Of a stretch of DNA of 64,000 bases, positions 24,401 to 36,650 are shown one piece after another. Below the pieces are notes generated by a model. That model worked only from the letters and a program-made list of their open reading frames with translations. It had not been told where the DNA came from and made no database searches. The stretch is from Perna viridis. Lineage: Eukaryota. The stretch covers positions 13,702,001-13,766,000 of the forward strand of contig CM074517.1 in the NCBI GenBank assembly GCA_037379345.1, given 5' to 3'. The position numbers were made by a program, and so were the translations under genes. Within the stretch, counting starts at the first letter, position 1; each line of letters starts with the position of its first letter.

Positions 24401-27400
24401 GCATGAAGATATTAAAAAGCAACACATCTGCAAGGCTCACCTAACCCCCAATACACTCTTTATTGTGTATAAAATCTCACGACGGATTTCTCGCTCACAT
24501 ATACCATCTGATTGGTACACCTGTAATACAAAGGTTAACAGTCAATACAGGTACCCGGTCACTCACCTAATAGCATGAATATTCTTGATTATTATACCAA
24601 TTTCTCGTCGTAATTCTCGCTCATCAAACTCCATCTACAAGATAAAATCTACTTATTACAACAAACCTAAATGAAAAATAATAAATGCCAACCCGCCAGC
24701 TTTCACTCCAAAATGTGATAATAATCAGAAAACTATTTTGTATCTTTTACAAGCAAGGAAAAAGCAAGGAACTATTTATACTGTAGCCCACACGAAACAA
24801 ATGAAATGACATCTGACGAAGCTGGAATATTTACAACCACTATGAAAGGCATCGCTACTGCTGACAAACTCCATCCCCCTTACCATTCAGTCACTCAGAA
24901 TATACAATATAAAAATGTTATCAACCTGGAAACCCTTGCTTAGCTGTACTTGTTAAATTTTGGTAAAAAATCACACACGCCCACACACACACACAGACCC
25001 TTTGTATGTGCTGCATACTAAGGAACAATGAATTCATTTCTGCTTTATACAATACCTTGACTAGTTCAAAGGGAAATCGTTCATGAAAAATTCTATTAAT
25101 TTTTGCTCCTCCACTGAGTTCTAGGGCACTAATCTCAGCACCTGAACCTTCTATAGACTTCTCAAAATCTCCACCAAACTGTGTACACATCCTAAAAAAT
25201 AAACAAGTTAAATTTTTTTGTAGTGTATAGAAATGCTATAAAACCACAGTTAAGGGCCAGAAACCAATCACTTTCTATCTCAGTATCCCAAGCCAAATCT
25301 AATGACTGTCTGGATCTGATTTTTACTTATGATAACTGCATTGTAACATAAGCCAGATATAGAAGATTCACAGGATACCACAATGGAAACAGATCACAAA
25401 TTGAAACAAAATCTATTTTTAAACAATAACAAAGATATACTGGTGGACATTTGTAAAAATACTATTTAAGTTTTTAAATTAGCTACCAAAATTTCTTTTG
25501 AAGCAGAATGACATTCAAGTACACAATACAATATTACATACTGCATCATGGCTTTAGTCTTTCTGGCTGGATCATCAGGTCTGAAGTTTTTGAATTCTTC
25601 CACATCTTTCTCCATGCCTAACAGCTGAGATTGTAACTTATTTCTGAGGGCAGGTAAAGTGTCTTTTATATGATTGGTCAGTTGTTGGTTTAAGACTCTC
25701 TGTAGATGTGGTGTACCCATTCTGTCTGCCATGTGCCTATATATCATCAAAAATTCAAAGTAGTGTTTTATTACTAACATTAATTACAGGAAAACGATAA
25801 TGTAGCTTGAGCTTGTTGTGAGGGCTTACATTATTGTTTTTCTGTAATTAGTGTTGATAATAAAAACACTACTTTGAATTTATTATTAACATTAAGTACA
25901 GGAAAACAATAAGTACAAAAAAAACAATAATGAAGTTTGAACTTGTTGTGAGGGCTTACATTAACTTTTTGATGTTATATGCAGTACAAATTTTCATGAA
26001 ACATCAGACATAAGCAAATTAATATAATAAGTATTGTTTGATATCTAATGTAATATTAACTAATTACCTTCAATATTGAAATACATGTACAGACAAGTAT
26101 TACTTCTGAACTCATGTAATATATATATCTAACTATTTTACATGTACTCTATCCTATCCACTTAATTAATGCATAAAATTGTATATCTTTACTGTTTTAG
26201 TTTTCAACAATATACCTGTATGAGGGATGACTGAGAAAGAATTTACGTTCAGCAGCCAATGCAGCTCTGATGTCTTTTCTTCCTTCAATATCTTTCTGAC
26301 TTCTGTTGACTACACCAATATAACCTAAAACAATAAAATCAATTTGATCATATTCTATTGATACATAGTATCTAAAATTCATACTTTGTACTCTTAACTG
26401 TCTTTTTTAATGTGTGAAAGCTTCATTAATCTGTTCATATGCATGTCCCCATCTTTTACACAAAAACTGGAAGCATCATATCTATGATAAATTTATATGC
26501 TTAAATACTGGATACTAATGGAGGTTTTATTTTGATTAAAAAAACAAAATTTGTGAGACAGACAGACAGACAGGACAAGTAGGTTATCATCAACCTCTAT
26601 GGCAAAATGTTTTCAAAAACGCCTTTGATGGCAAAATGTTTAAAAACTCCAAAACTACATTTTGGGTTTGCTGAAAATTGAACACAATCAATATTTTATT
26701 GTATTAAACAACTGTTCAAAGTTTCAAAGTTTTCACAATTTATTGATCCCTTCTGGCTTCACAAGTTATTATCTGGACACTGTCAGAGAGAGTAATTAAA
26801 GGAACCAATGTTATAGCGGTAATCAAAAGAATGCAATCCAGGGACAAAGACCAGACATCAGGGGATGAACAGACACACAACTTATCATAAAGTATCACAT
26901 AATACTTGGCCACTCCTTGTGGTGGAATATAAAGTATCACATAATAATTGGCCACTGCTTGTGGAGGAATATAAAGTATCACATAATACTTGGCCACTCC
27001 TTGTGGTGGAATATAAAGTATCACATAATACTTGGCCACTGCTTGTGGTGGAATATAAAGTATCACATAATAATTGGCCACTGCTTGTGGTGGAATATAA
27101 AGTATCATATAATAATTGGCCACTGCTTATGGTGGAATATAAAGTATCACATAATAATTGGCCACTCTTGTGGCGGAGTCAATATTCTGCAAAATACATC
27201 ATCTCAAATATAGCAAATACTCCACAGCAATCAAAATCTCCTTCAACAATGATAACTATACCTAACTAAGAGTAGATCCCTACCTCTCCTGAGTGGTAAT
27301 GTTCTGTTTTCTAACACTTCTCTAGCATCTGTTCCTTCATCCATTAAATCTAGTTTGGTCACTACACCCATTGTTCTTACACCTAAACAATATTAAAACA

Positions 27401-30400
27401 ATATTCATCTTCATGGAAAGAAAGATATGATTAAGGAATACATAAATTTATATAACTGTCCATAGAGTATGACCTTTTTCAGATGTTTCATACATGTACT
27501 GTATTTTCTGGACTGTAAGTCGATATTTTTTTTCAGCAAAAGTGTCAGCCTCGACTTATCTAAGGATTTTTAAAAAAATGTTAATCAAAAATGCTTTTCA
27601 TTAGATTTGTTTAGTTCACTTTTGAATGCTTTAATTCAAAATTTTTGGTAAACTGCAATCAACGAAAGCTGTCACTCAATCAGTCAAACTGACGATTGAA
27701 TTTGAATATTATTGATCATTGTCGCTATCCTTTATGAATGAATATGATGATGTTAATATAAACTCTGAGACTTTAAAACCATTTAACTATATAAATAAAC
27801 TCTAGAAGATACGTTAACAAAACTATTTTTTGAACTTGAAAAACATTATCGAGTGTTCCTGAGTTATCAGTCCTGCAATATGCAAAGTTATACCCATCTA
27901 CGGTATGTCGGAACACATTCGCATGTTTATTGTATTTTGTAATACTAGGTAATACTGTTTACTAATTACCACTCGTAATTATGACCAATTGATCAAATGA
28001 ATTACCCACTTATTTCACACATGGCTGCCCACGTTTGGCATGTTTACGATTTCGTACTCCTGATGATCTATGACTTCAGAGCCATCGACCCGCCATTCAA
28101 TAAAAATAATTGAACTCAAGGACAAAGCACATTTTAACAAAAACACAGGTATTTATTAAATTCATAAATCTTGTACTTAGGAACATTACTGGAATAATAT
28201 GCCGTTGAAAACAAACCGCTCAACTCGGATCTCCGTTGATACGTACGGTAAAAATGCATAAGTCTGACCCTCGACTTATCTGCCGAATTCCACTTAATAT
28301 GTTTTTTTCCTCGATTTTGGTCAAAACTAAGCAATTCGACTTATACTCCACATTGACTTATAGTCCGGAAAATATGTTGTCATAAGTGTCCGTCCCTGTA
28401 AGAATCAGGCAGTAAGTGAAACATGATTTTGATAGTGTAATTTGACTATCTGCACCAATCAGGAAAACAGAAAAGATTTTCCATAGCATGCTGGACCACT
28501 GAGTTACAATGTCATTGTTATGCACTGGAAATGAACATTTCAAGGGCAGATAATTCTGTCAAAAACCTCACTTTGCTAAGATTCTATTGAAAAATTTCAG
28601 AGCAAAGCTAGTGATGCAGAGATCAAATAATAGTCTTTTCAAATAGAGAAAGTTCCCTTGAGTAATATAACATTGTCAGATCAGTGGGTTTTTAACATGC
28701 ATGTTTCTGATTGTTCCCATTTTGCCTGATTCTTCCAAATTCTTACACTTAATATATATATTTCCATAACTGGTCCTTCATCAATGTAAACAGGCAGCTT
28801 CACTGACAATTTTAAAGTAATTTGGGATAATACATTACAGTAGCTATATAAGTTACTTTTCTATATATTTTTTAAACAAGTGATTGAATATAAGAACAAA
28901 TTTAGCAAGTATTGAAAATTCACACTCTAAGTTTCTTGGGTTATTTCTGAAATGAACTTATAATACATATAGAATTCCATAAGCAAATTTTAATAAAGGG
29001 AAATAACTTACTCTAGCAAAATTTAAAATTACTTTCATTTATCAAGTATTTCCCCTTAAATTCCATCACTGTTAATGTATGTGTTCACTTATTAATTTCC
29101 CTTTTACTACAAGATTACTCAAATTATCCCAGTACCAGAGAGCTAATAACTAAGTAAACAAAGAAATATGTATCCCTTGCATTAAGATCACACCTTGGGG
29201 GTCCACTTCCTTTGCTATTTTAAGAGCATCAGAGTTGGCCAAATCAGAATTAGCTGGTGACACTGCTAAAATTAGACAGCTGTCTTTGGATATGAACTCT
29301 AAGATCATAGTACGTATCTGCATTTCTATATCTGCTGGCTGGTTCCCTACTGCTACTTTTGTCATTCCAGGTAAATCTATTAGGGTCAGGTTAAGAACTG
29401 AAAAAAAAAACAGGAAATTATTGGTTAACTAGAGAATAATAGATTGTAAGAGTATAAAATAGAAATTTTTACTGGGTTTACTGTGCTAAAGCATTACATT
29501 TGTGTATTTAAAGTAAAAATCTGTATGTGTTCTGTGTTCTTTATATACATTTCACACTTTCATATTACCATAAGGCAGATATGTCAATTATATGCACCGT
29601 AGTATATAAGGTCAATCTGACATTAATAGATTAACTTCCACATGTTTATTTATGTATACGACAATAGATTTCTTTATTCTCTCATTGTCAATATAGTACA
29701 AAACCCTGCTCCTTTCCACAAGTATCTTAGTCATATCAAGCTGGAAAAACAAACAAATATTTTATTCACATTACGCTGATATCAATCATTTTGAAACAGA
29801 AATTATGTATTTGAATACAATTCATTTTAAATGTTGAAACCAAAACGGAAATAAAATATGGGATTCACGACTGTATACAACCTGACGTTGAGATATTAGA
29901 AGTTTCTTTATTAACCATGGGGGAACACTTACACAGCAGATCATACAAATATATTTACCATGAGGAGAATACACTCTGAGGTTGATTGGGATATTAGATA
30001 TATTTTTGTTTCCACCAGTAACTCGATCTGTTTCAGCTTCAATTTCTTTTCGAACCTGATCAAAGTCAGCATAATATTTTCCTTTCTGATGTAAAAATTC
30101 TGCATATTCTATAATAAAGTACCAAATAAATTAATGTAACATTAACCTATATTGCATTTGAGGTTAGATTCATAAAGCAACTGACTTCTGAAACTCATTC
30201 AGGGTGCTGCAGACAGCACCTCTCATTAAAAGCAAGACTTTAAAAAGTAAGGAAAAACTAGTTCTATGCTACATTATTCCCTTGTCCAACAATGTTTAAT
30301 AAAAATTATGTCCAAAAATTTTGAGAGGCATGTCTGTTACATTTTAGTAAGAAAAAAAACAAACATCTGCAGCCCTTTTCACAAAAAATCATAAGAGTAA

Positions 30401-33400
30401 AATTAGTCGTAAGTTGTGACATCATAATACTTAACTCTATTATGACATCATAACTTACGACTACTCTTACACGTACGATTTTTTGTGAAAAGGACCGCTG
30501 CTGCAGAGTGGAGCTATTAGAAAAATAAGTTTACAGTACATGTACCATCTAAAAAGTCCATAGATATGGTGATACTCAGAAGTGACACACAGATGCTGAG
30601 ACCAAAATTATCTATTCATAAATTTGTTTAAGGTGCATAAAAAGAAAATTGTTGATACATTACAGATTAAGAAGAATGAAAAAACAATAATGTTTTGTTT
30701 TGCATAACATTCATACAATGTACTGTATTAAATATAGATTCTCCTTCAGTCTCGAGAGGATTACAAGATTTCTCCAATCGAGATAGTAAAATTTTAGATT
30801 TCAACCCACAAGCTTCAGCAAAAGGTTCGAATCTAAATTTAACTATATAGTGAGGATAAATTTTGAAATCCACAAGGACATTGGAGAAGAGTCTGTTTCT
30901 CCCATGAAATCAGTAAAAAAACTTGGAAATGTAAAATGGTGGGAACTCTTGCAGAAATTTACCAGTAATAACTGCCTGATAGTTAAAAAGTCAGGTGCAT
31001 TTTTTTATCACCGGCTTAGAATGGGAGAATGTTGTTTTTACAAAGTAACATACATGTGTGCAGCACAGACTTTTAAAAAACTAAATATTAATTTGGCCTG
31101 GCCTAATGTACAAGTACAATGTGTATCCTTCATTAGTACTACATGCAGTAATATGATTTCAATTTTCTATAATCAGCAAATCTTCCTGGATTTATTAACA
31201 GTAATAGTATCTTGATTAAGTAATATTAATTTAATATTATACAAATTCTTTATGCAGTTACATTCAAGTATTTAGGGTATAAAATTACTGTGAATTCACT
31301 TCATAAAAATATCTTTTTCAAGTTTTTTACACTAAAGATTTTATAAGGTGAAGACAATTTATTTTGAAAATGAAAGAACAAATATGTATTTTACAGGAAT
31401 TTAGAACACGATCAGATAATCTTTTTGCAAACTTTTGGTTGGAGGAAGGGTTCAGATTATAGTATACAAAAATAAATGTTAATACAGAGTACCTGATTGA
31501 GAGTAAATTAATTGTAAAATTAATGGTCTTCTTGTAACAATACCACTCCCTCTGGGTAAAAAGTCTCTGAAAAGATAAAAAAAATATTTATAAGAATTGT
31601 TGAGTTTTGGAAATGAACACTGAATTTACACAGTTGCATTAAAAACAAAAATAATCCAGAGTACCAGTACACACATGTATATATGTGTGTGAAAGTTTTT
31701 GAACAACTCATGTTCAAAAGAACTCATTTAAATTAAACTGATTGCCTTGAGGGAATTCTACATGCTAAATCAGGGTAGGAAACTCACTCAAATTCCTGCC
31801 AGTCCTGAATACAATTTTTCCATATATTTAATATATGGCCATTTAAATTTTGCTAAAATTAGCCAGTCCTGCCGAAAAAAGCCAGTCTCAGGCTGGTGGG
31901 CAGGCTACTATTGCTAACTCTGGCTAAATTCTAACAGACCTTCCTTTGACTTTTAAGTCTGAATGTTTGTTGAATGATTCAAATTTTCAATATCAACACT
32001 CCAGTAGAAAAAACTCCTTAAGTGCTTGCAATCAATTTGAAATACATGTACAGGTAGGAGGGTCCTTAAGGGCATTGCACAGATCTATATATTTTCCAAG
32101 TTGCCCAAAATTACAACATAGTGTTCATAGTTCACTTTAAAAATAAACTTCTGATAGCACAGTGCTAACGATCATACTACTAAAAAAGCAGAATGCTGCA
32201 ATAGCCTGGGGAGAACATTTCCATCTTCTAATGGTTAAACTGGAAGTTCAGCAAAAAAAAGGCATAGATTGAAGAAAAATAATGCTTTAACTACTACCGG
32301 ACTTACAAAATGTATGTATTACATATTTACATTGTAAGATTTGTAAATGCATCAACAATTCAGAATCATCATGATATCACATAAATGTTTATATGATTTA
32401 ACCATAAATAGAAAATGCAGTTATAATGTACATGTATTAATTTACTGGAAAAAATCAAAACAACTTGTACAATTATTAACCTGAAACCCTATATACTTTT
32501 GTGCAATAAAAGACAAATAAAAGTTTTGGGTATTTTTTTTTCACATCATGGTTCAATGATTCTAGCTAAAACTCAGAAATATTCTGAGCTCAACATCAGT
32601 TTCCTGAATTTAAATTCTTCCTACAAATTGATTTCTTTGCTTTGTGTAGTCCTATTATCTCCACCAAACACACTATGGATTTCTCGTTGTCTTTAAAAAC
32701 AGAAGTTCTCCCAATGATTTGTTATTCAAACACTAATGATCTTCCACAGATATACAATTTGCCATTTACCAATATTGATATTTTGAACCAATCAATCAGC
32801 CAATAAAGTCACCGGGACAGTCAGTATCCCAGACTGACAAGAGTTGTGATGGAAAATCCATAGGTAATTACAGTAATAAGATTCTTTGGGTGCTTTTAAC
32901 ACAGTTGGATATAGAAAAAACCATGTACCTTTTAGTTTAGTTTACAACAATTTTATTTGTTGACTCAAAAAAGGGATAGGACCAACTTATGAAGTCTTCT
33001 CCTATCAATAATATACAATGCATATATAAGAACATTTGAACATTGAGGGCAGCATAAAATCATTATGAATATTATATACCTTTTGAACAGAAGTGCACAA
33101 GTACTGGTACAGTACACTTGAAGATCCTATTTTTAAAATCATGAACACAATGTCATAAGTCTAGTTGGTTAATTTGATCATATAGTTAAAATGTTCACAA
33201 TTATAACCCAGTTTTTAAATACATCTTAAATGTGATGCCTTAGAAGAAACTTGCTGAACATTCATTTAAACCATTTTTCTGGCTATATTGACATTCCATC
33301 ATACTGGGACATATTCTTGATATTTGCACATTGTTTACTTTAAATAAAACATTGGGAAATTATAAAAATCTCTAAAATCAAACAAACTTTCATGTGCCAG

Positions 33401-36400
33401 GGGTACTTGTAAAAGTTACATGTACATACATGTATGATTTTCTCACTTGTACAAACCTTGTAATTTGAAACTGAAATATATTTATTTCCTCATCACTTCA
33501 CAGTACTTGTAAAATATTTTATAGTCATGCAAGATTAGATTAAATTCGAAAGGAAGAATATCATGGTGTGATTGATCATCAGTAACAATTCAAGAACTGA
33601 CCTAAATGTTTGTTAATATCAGAAAATTGATCAGGATTTAAGTAAACCACATAAATAATCCATATGCATGATTTTAGGAGGATCACTTACTGGCTGTCAA
33701 TGAAAGGAGAAAATATCAATTCAATAGACATTACAGCATTTGAGGTTATTTCACTACAATATACCGAGCTTTGATATTTTTTTTCATGATTTATCTAAAA
33801 TGCACCAGTTCAACCATTAACCACTCGGTCTTGCAGTAATAAAAGTTCACTTTAGAAAGAAAACAAAGAGTTTCAGTGTTAGATACTTAATTTTTGGTCA
33901 ACATAGACCCTTCATAATTTTACATAGACCGCACTGTAGATTTCAAAGGAAATTTAGCCAATTTCATCATAGACCTCTGCTTGATTTTATGTAGACTCTG
34001 TCCATAGGTCTACTGCTACTTTCTTTCACTGGAGTTTTATATAATCTGCAGTCTATGTAATTACCACAGGACTAACAAATACAATGTATCTTCACAATTT
34101 AACAGTAGACATTATGGCCATTCAAATGAAGAATCATTTGCCAATACATGTACTAACTTCTTTTAAGGAAGACTTTAATGTACAAGCTAATACATTTTTG
34201 AAAAATATAAAGTAAAAAAAAAAATAAATAAATAAATACTTGACATGGTTTGACACTAATTTCATATATGTTTGGTGGTCAACAGAACTACGTCAGAGGT
34301 AACTAATGTAGTTCGTAGACAGTAATGACAGTTCTGTTGTAAGATCTTGTGAAAAATAAGGCAAAATTTAGATAACCCATTGGACTACCATGAAAATTTT
34401 TCAAAGTAGTCCTCTCCAAAATTAGGGTGGTACAGGACTACCAGACTACTGTAAGTGTCGATCCCTGCTTGAAATTAATTTGGGAAACTTTAAAAATTTT
34501 CATTGGCCATGAGTAATTGTTAAAGCAACATATGCTTTGGTATTTATATTGATACATGTATAACCTGGAAAAAAATGAAATTGAAATTGTCAGCGTGATA
34601 CAGATTGAAATTATCCACTCATCATTATATGTATAATGTATGCATATGCAGGGATTCAAATTGAATTAAATCATTGAAGGTCCATACACCAGAACCTGCA
34701 TACATGTACATAACCACACTCTAAAAAGTACATTTAATAAGGTATTGTGTACATTATACATGTATAAATGTAGGTCAAAGACCACAGTTTCTTATTTGGT
34801 ACATGTAAGAGGAATTACCCATAACTTTATATATAACCAGATTGGATGTGGTGAATATGTCAAAGATGTACACATGTAACAAGCCCACTGGGAAAAAAAT
34901 ATCTGCTCAATGTCAAAGATCAATGCATTACTGGTAAAAATATCAGCTACATGTACCAAGCAATCTAATTATTTGTTTTAAAAATAAAACAGAGTTCATA
35001 CATTATTTAATACTCCAATTCCAAACAATGTATCTGAATAAATTCTGTTAGCGTTGGTATAAATTAGGTATAGAAAAAATGTGTTGCTAATGTCCAGAGA
35101 GTTTGAATGGGCCTTCTTTAAGATTTGATTAGCCACATAGAAGCTCAACTGATATTTACATGTACTTAAATGGCTGGCTACCTTCTATCACTAACATACA
35201 TGTAGTATGCAGAAACCGAATCAGGGCCTAAAATAGACTTCTCCTGTTTTTTGCTCACTTTCCCCATTTTTTATAGACAGGGAAAAGTTTTTGTAATTGA
35301 AACACAGTATGTACAAAAATACTTATATTGTTATTTTTCAAACAGAATTTACTAAAACTTCTTGTTATTGAATCTAGATTAGGCTTTGACCTGAAATACT
35401 GAATCATATTTTTTGCCAATTTATTGAGAAATAAATATATATACTAAAATACCACAAGCAGCATAATAATCATAAAAATACATTTTTTGAAGTACCAGAA
35501 GAAAGATTTATTGCCCAACATAGAAGACAAGGAACTTTTCAATCACATACAATGTAAATAAAAGTGCATTTCAGTCCCCATACAGAGATCTACATGTATG
35601 TACTGAATACAAAAAATGTAATTTCTACTAACAACCCTGTCAAATGTTTTTTTTTTTTAATTTAGACAGTTACTTTCAAATTATTTTAAAATTTCATGCT
35701 TCATCTCAAGTTGCTTTTTATTTTTGTTATAATTATCTACTTTAAAAAGTGAATGTATGAAATATGCAATTTGGAACAAGAACCTAAATGTATCATTCAC
35801 ATAATGTGTACTATTGTAGATGTACATTTTGTACGAAACTGCTTGGTTAAAAATGGTGATGTAACTGCAACAGTAACATGGAAAACTATTAACACTATTA
35901 ACATTTTTCCTGTTTTTTCAGTGTTATACAAAACCTGAATGTGACTATAGCACAGGTCATCTAGATTGTTTAAAAATATTTCTTCAATTTTGCAGTCAAG
36001 TTGAACAGAAAAAAAAACAATTTCCTGGATATGGGCAAGAAAACTCAGAAGTGTCATACCACTAGCTGAAAACTTCATTTTCTTCTTCATTGTCCAAGTT
36101 AACAAGGTAATATTTTATAATTTACACCACTTGTAATTGTATTGATTATTATACTGTACAAAGTTTAAGTCACCTATTGTTACTTTTTTGGTTTAATAAA
36201 TTAGGAATGTTACTAAAGCAAATTTTCTCCCCAGCTGAACATCATTTAACATGGATCGTTTGTCTTAACTTTGTTGCTTTTTAGAAAAAAAATGTAGCAC
36301 GAATTACGCCCCCTTCGTTAAAAACAATAACCAATAGTCAATACTTACAAGTACTAGATACAAATAAAATCAAATCAAATAACAGGTTTCACAATTGTGT

Positions 36401-36650
36401 TGTCTCTTAAAGTAATGAATAATTTTTCCCTTTGATTTTCAAGTGAATAAACTACACAAAATGAACAAAAGTCGTAAAACTCTTACTTTCCAACGAAGTT
36501 TTCTAGTACACTACTTTTGCCTGCACTCTGGCTTCCTACCACGGCGATCTGAGGCAAATCAAGCGATAGAGGTGTTCCAAGGGATGAAAAGGCATCTTGC
36601 AGCTTATTCACAATGGGAATAAGCTGCTCCATGCCAACATTTCCAGACAT
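15..36650 (-). CDS. DNM: Classical dynamin (GTPase, stalk, PH, start of GED); 3' end lies outside the window
   Basis: Hand-assembled GT-AG exons in transcript order: 36650-36487 ([44 protein letters not shown]), 31566-31493 ([14 protein letters not shown]), 30108-29959, 29397-29194 (DLPG), 27382-27284 (TKLD), 26324-26216, 25736-25542, 25191-25056, 24634-24567 or 24520-24441, 14953-14815, 14530-14373, 13902-13854, [11503-11477], 8932-8819 (VIRKGWL), one of 7208-7102/6210-6092/5704-5595, 4300-4168 ([12 protein letters not shown]), [2461-2453], 161-15 ([19 protein letters not shown]). Phases join in frame. Confidence 0.97.
2453..2461 (-). CDS. DNM: Candidate 9-nt dynamin microexon (SGK) between PH and GED
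   Basis: ctttctttgttgtag|TCTGGAAAG|gtatgt; phase 0-0 matches the flanking exons. Confidence 0.6.
3081..3292. mobile_element. Fold-back (palindromic) MITE-like segment
   Basis: Arms gattgaacagctattttcggtc..ggatctcggagctcccaaactcagtgaa and ttcactgagtttgggagctccgagatcc..gaccgaaaatagctgttcaatc are reverse complements. Confidence 0.8.
3381..3665. mobile_element. MITE with short imperfect TIRs (aggcca..tggcct)
   Basis: aaggccattcaaagttaatttcttggttttca versus tgagaaccaagatatcacttcgagttggccta. Confidence 0.5.
4168..4300 (-). CDS. DNM: Dynamin PH C-terminal exon ([44 protein letters not shown])
   Basis: 133 nt, tacag acceptor, gtaagt donor. Confidence 0.95.
5488..5590. repeat. About 34-bp tandem repeat x3 abutting the donor of PH exon C
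   Basis: atc(c/a)accaccaagagttataacccttgataatgc-like units. Confidence 0.7.
5595..5704 (-). CDS. DNM: Dynamin PH alternative exon C ([37 protein letters not shown])
   Basis: 110 nt, ttctag acceptor, AG|gtaagc donor, phase 0-2. Confidence 0.93.
6092..6210 (-). CDS. DNM: Dynamin PH alternative exon B ([40 protein letters not shown])
   Basis: 119 nt, ttttctag acceptor, AG|gttagg donor, phase 0-2, homologous to exons A and C. Confidence 0.85.
6342..6523. repeat. About 91-bp tandem duplication x2
   Basis: aagaat(c/a)aggcaaatcctgtgatacac..aacgcactga(g/a)aacaatcccta occurs twice head-to-tail. Confidence 0.85.
7102..7208 (-). CDS. DNM: Dynamin PH alternative exon A ([36 protein letters not shown])
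   Basis: 107 nt, ctcttctttcag acceptor, AG|gtataa donor, phase 0-2. Confidence 0.87.
7786..8046. mobile_element. MITE with imperfect TIRs
   Basis: tacact..catgaatttttaatttctccact versus agtggagaaaaataaaactcatg..agtgta. Confidence 0.55.
8819..8932 (-). CDS. DNM: Dynamin PH N-terminal exon ([38 protein letters not shown])
   Basis: 114 nt, ttttag acceptor, AG|gtatat donor. Confidence 0.95.
11180..11375. mobile_element. Dispersed repeat with internal fold-back; related copy at about 57215-57320
   Basis: Shared gcaaca..aggctgcgtc..aaaatatgaagaa..tattagaat; palindromic ttttaccat..gctgg / ccagc..atggtaaaa. Confidence 0.55.
11477..11503 (-). CDS. DNM: Candidate 27-nt dynamin microexon (GYKETVKDQ) between stalk and PH
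   Basis: aataatag|GGTTATAAAGAAACTGTAAAAGACCAA|gtaagt; phase 0-0, open frame. Confidence 0.55.
12309..12710. repeat. 37-bp minisatellite, about 11 copies
   Basis: Unit gttacagaccacagaaccagtcttagcttgtc(actct/gttca). Confidence 0.95.
16343..17217. mobile_element. Non-autonomous element with an internal satellite-like array (HINE/Helentron-derived type)
   Basis: Inverted ends attgtcccccgccgc / gcggctggggacaat; about four diverged ~180-bp units (cccataactcc..aaaattg..caactacatatggtg); short acgg repeat near the right end. Confidence 0.7.
17505..18170. mobile_element. Retroelement-derived dispersed repeat (bivalve Penelope-like terminal region)
   Basis: Motifs gaagatatggaat..gccaa and acaggctcctg..ggacaggcaca..ggcagggttgaacatgtt resemble abundant bivalve repeats; recognised from memory only. 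Confidence 0.4.
18744..19545. mobile_element. HINE-like element with four 179-bp tandem units
   Basis: Inverted motifs tgtctcgcct / aggcgagaca plus an inner tgtctcgct; (gcc)n; units start at 18781, 18960, 19139 and 19318 and are nearly identical. Confidence 0.85.
19657..20295 (-). pseudogene. Remnant of a DNA-transposon protein C-terminus (Sola3-like)
   Basis: CxxxGCxxxF..H zinc-finger-like segment and [46 protein letters not shown], typical of Sola3-type proteins (family call from memory); no DDD core visible. Confidence 0.55.
21972..22355 (-). pseudogene. Probable N-terminal fragment of the same transposon protein
   Basis: Cys/His-rich segment ([19 protein letters not shown]) followed by a gtaagt donor; same strand as the 19.7-kb fragment. 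Confidence 0.4.
24441..24520 (-). CDS. DNM: Dynamin alternative exon 9b ([27 protein letters not shown])
   Basis: 80 nt, ctttgtattacag acceptor, AG|gtgagc donor, phase 0-2, homologous to 9a. Confidence 0.8.
24567..24634 (-). CDS. DNM: Dynamin exon 9a ([23 protein letters not shown])
   Basis: 68 nt, ttgtag acceptor, AG|gtgagt donor. Confidence 0.95.
25751..25881. repeat. Inverted repeat (about 55-bp arms) next to the exon-7 acceptor
   Basis: aaattcaaagtagtgttttatta..taattacag..aatgta versus its reverse complement at 25826-25881. Confidence 0.8.
26789..26881 (-). mobile_element. 3'-terminal fragment of the Penelope-like element
   Basis: Reverse complement matches about 60365-60454 (gtctggtctttgtccctggatt..ttttgattaccgcta..attactct). 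Confidence 0.8.
26887..27178. repeat. 42-bp minisatellite, about 7 copies
   Basis: Unit ataaagtatcacataata(a/c)ttggccact(g/c)cttgtggtggaat; explains the three repetitive ORFs here. Confidence 0.95.
27497..28378. mobile_element. Tc1/mariner (pogo-type) non-autonomous element
   Basis: TIRs tactgtattttctggactgtaagtcg / tgacttatagtccggaaaatatg; repeated internal tcgacttat motifs. Confidence 0.75.
30376..30494. mobile_element. Fold-back MITE
   Basis: cttttcacaaaaaatc.taagagta..agtcgtaagtt versus aacttacgactactctta..gattttttgtgaaaag. Confidence 0.75.

Noticed and set aside
26740-27269. Three overlapping repetitive ORFs
   Set aside because: Artefact of a 42-bp (multiple of 3) minisatellite fused to a retroelement fragment.
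36515-36540. Dynamin P-loop GSQSAGKS rather than GGQSAGKS
   Set aside because: This position varies within the dynamin superfamily; all catalytic motifs are intact.
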